A stretch of DNA of 33,239 nucleotides from Catajapyx aquilonaris. Lineage: Eukaryota. The position numbers and the translations under genes are program-made. The notes beneath the pieces were generated by a model. It saw only the letters and a list, made by a program, of their open reading frames with translations, had not been told where the DNA came from and made no database searches. This document shows positions 33,070-33,239 of the stretch, one piece after another; positions within the stretch are counted from its first letter, which is position 1, and each line of letters opens with the position of its first letter. The stretch covers positions 1-33,239 of the forward strand of contig KZ539106.1 in NCBI GenBank assembly GCA_000934665.2, given 5' to 3'.

Positions 33070-33239
33070 CTGAAATTAAAAGCAGGCTGGTTCCATTTCA
33101 ATCCAGACGGTGGGTGCCCAGTCATGGTCTTCGATTTTTTTTAAAAAAATATATGTGAAACCTACATCCAATTGAACCCTTATGGAGCAATCAGTTTTAC
33201 GAGATTAAATTTAGTTATCGATATATTATTATTTCTTTC

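Noticed and set aside
33216..33223. DRE motif TATCGATA
   Set aside because: Single occurrence in AT-rich sequence at the window edge with no linked TSS evidence.

Overview
Eukaryotic genomic DNA, most likely from an insect with compact 55-85 nt GT-AG introns; no CRISPR, rRNA or prokaryotic features. Left to right: the 3' end of a lingerer/UBAP2-like gene (+); a ~0.8 kb minisatellite; a 4-exon HAUS4-like augmin subunit gene (+); a small unrecognised 2-exon ORF (+); and a 4-finger C2H2 gene (-). Head-to-head with that gene is a ~23 kb tandem array of F-box/leucine-rich-repeat genes (+): four apparently intact, one 5'-truncated, one with a nonsense codon, plus several relics. A ~12-finger C2H2 gene with lesions (-) closes the window. 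The array copies share a duplicated promoter with two outward-facing YY1-type motifs, a basic N-terminal exon, an optional symmetric exon 2, and LRRs whose predicted ligand-facing residues are hypervariable on a nearly invariant scaffold. This looks like a birth-and-death, arms-race family of SCF substrate receptors and is the best candidate for an undescribed system. The array also carries MITEs, a ~0.9 kb nested foldback, a dimeric tRNA-derived SINE and transposon relics. All family calls come from reading and recalling motifs by eye, not from database searches.
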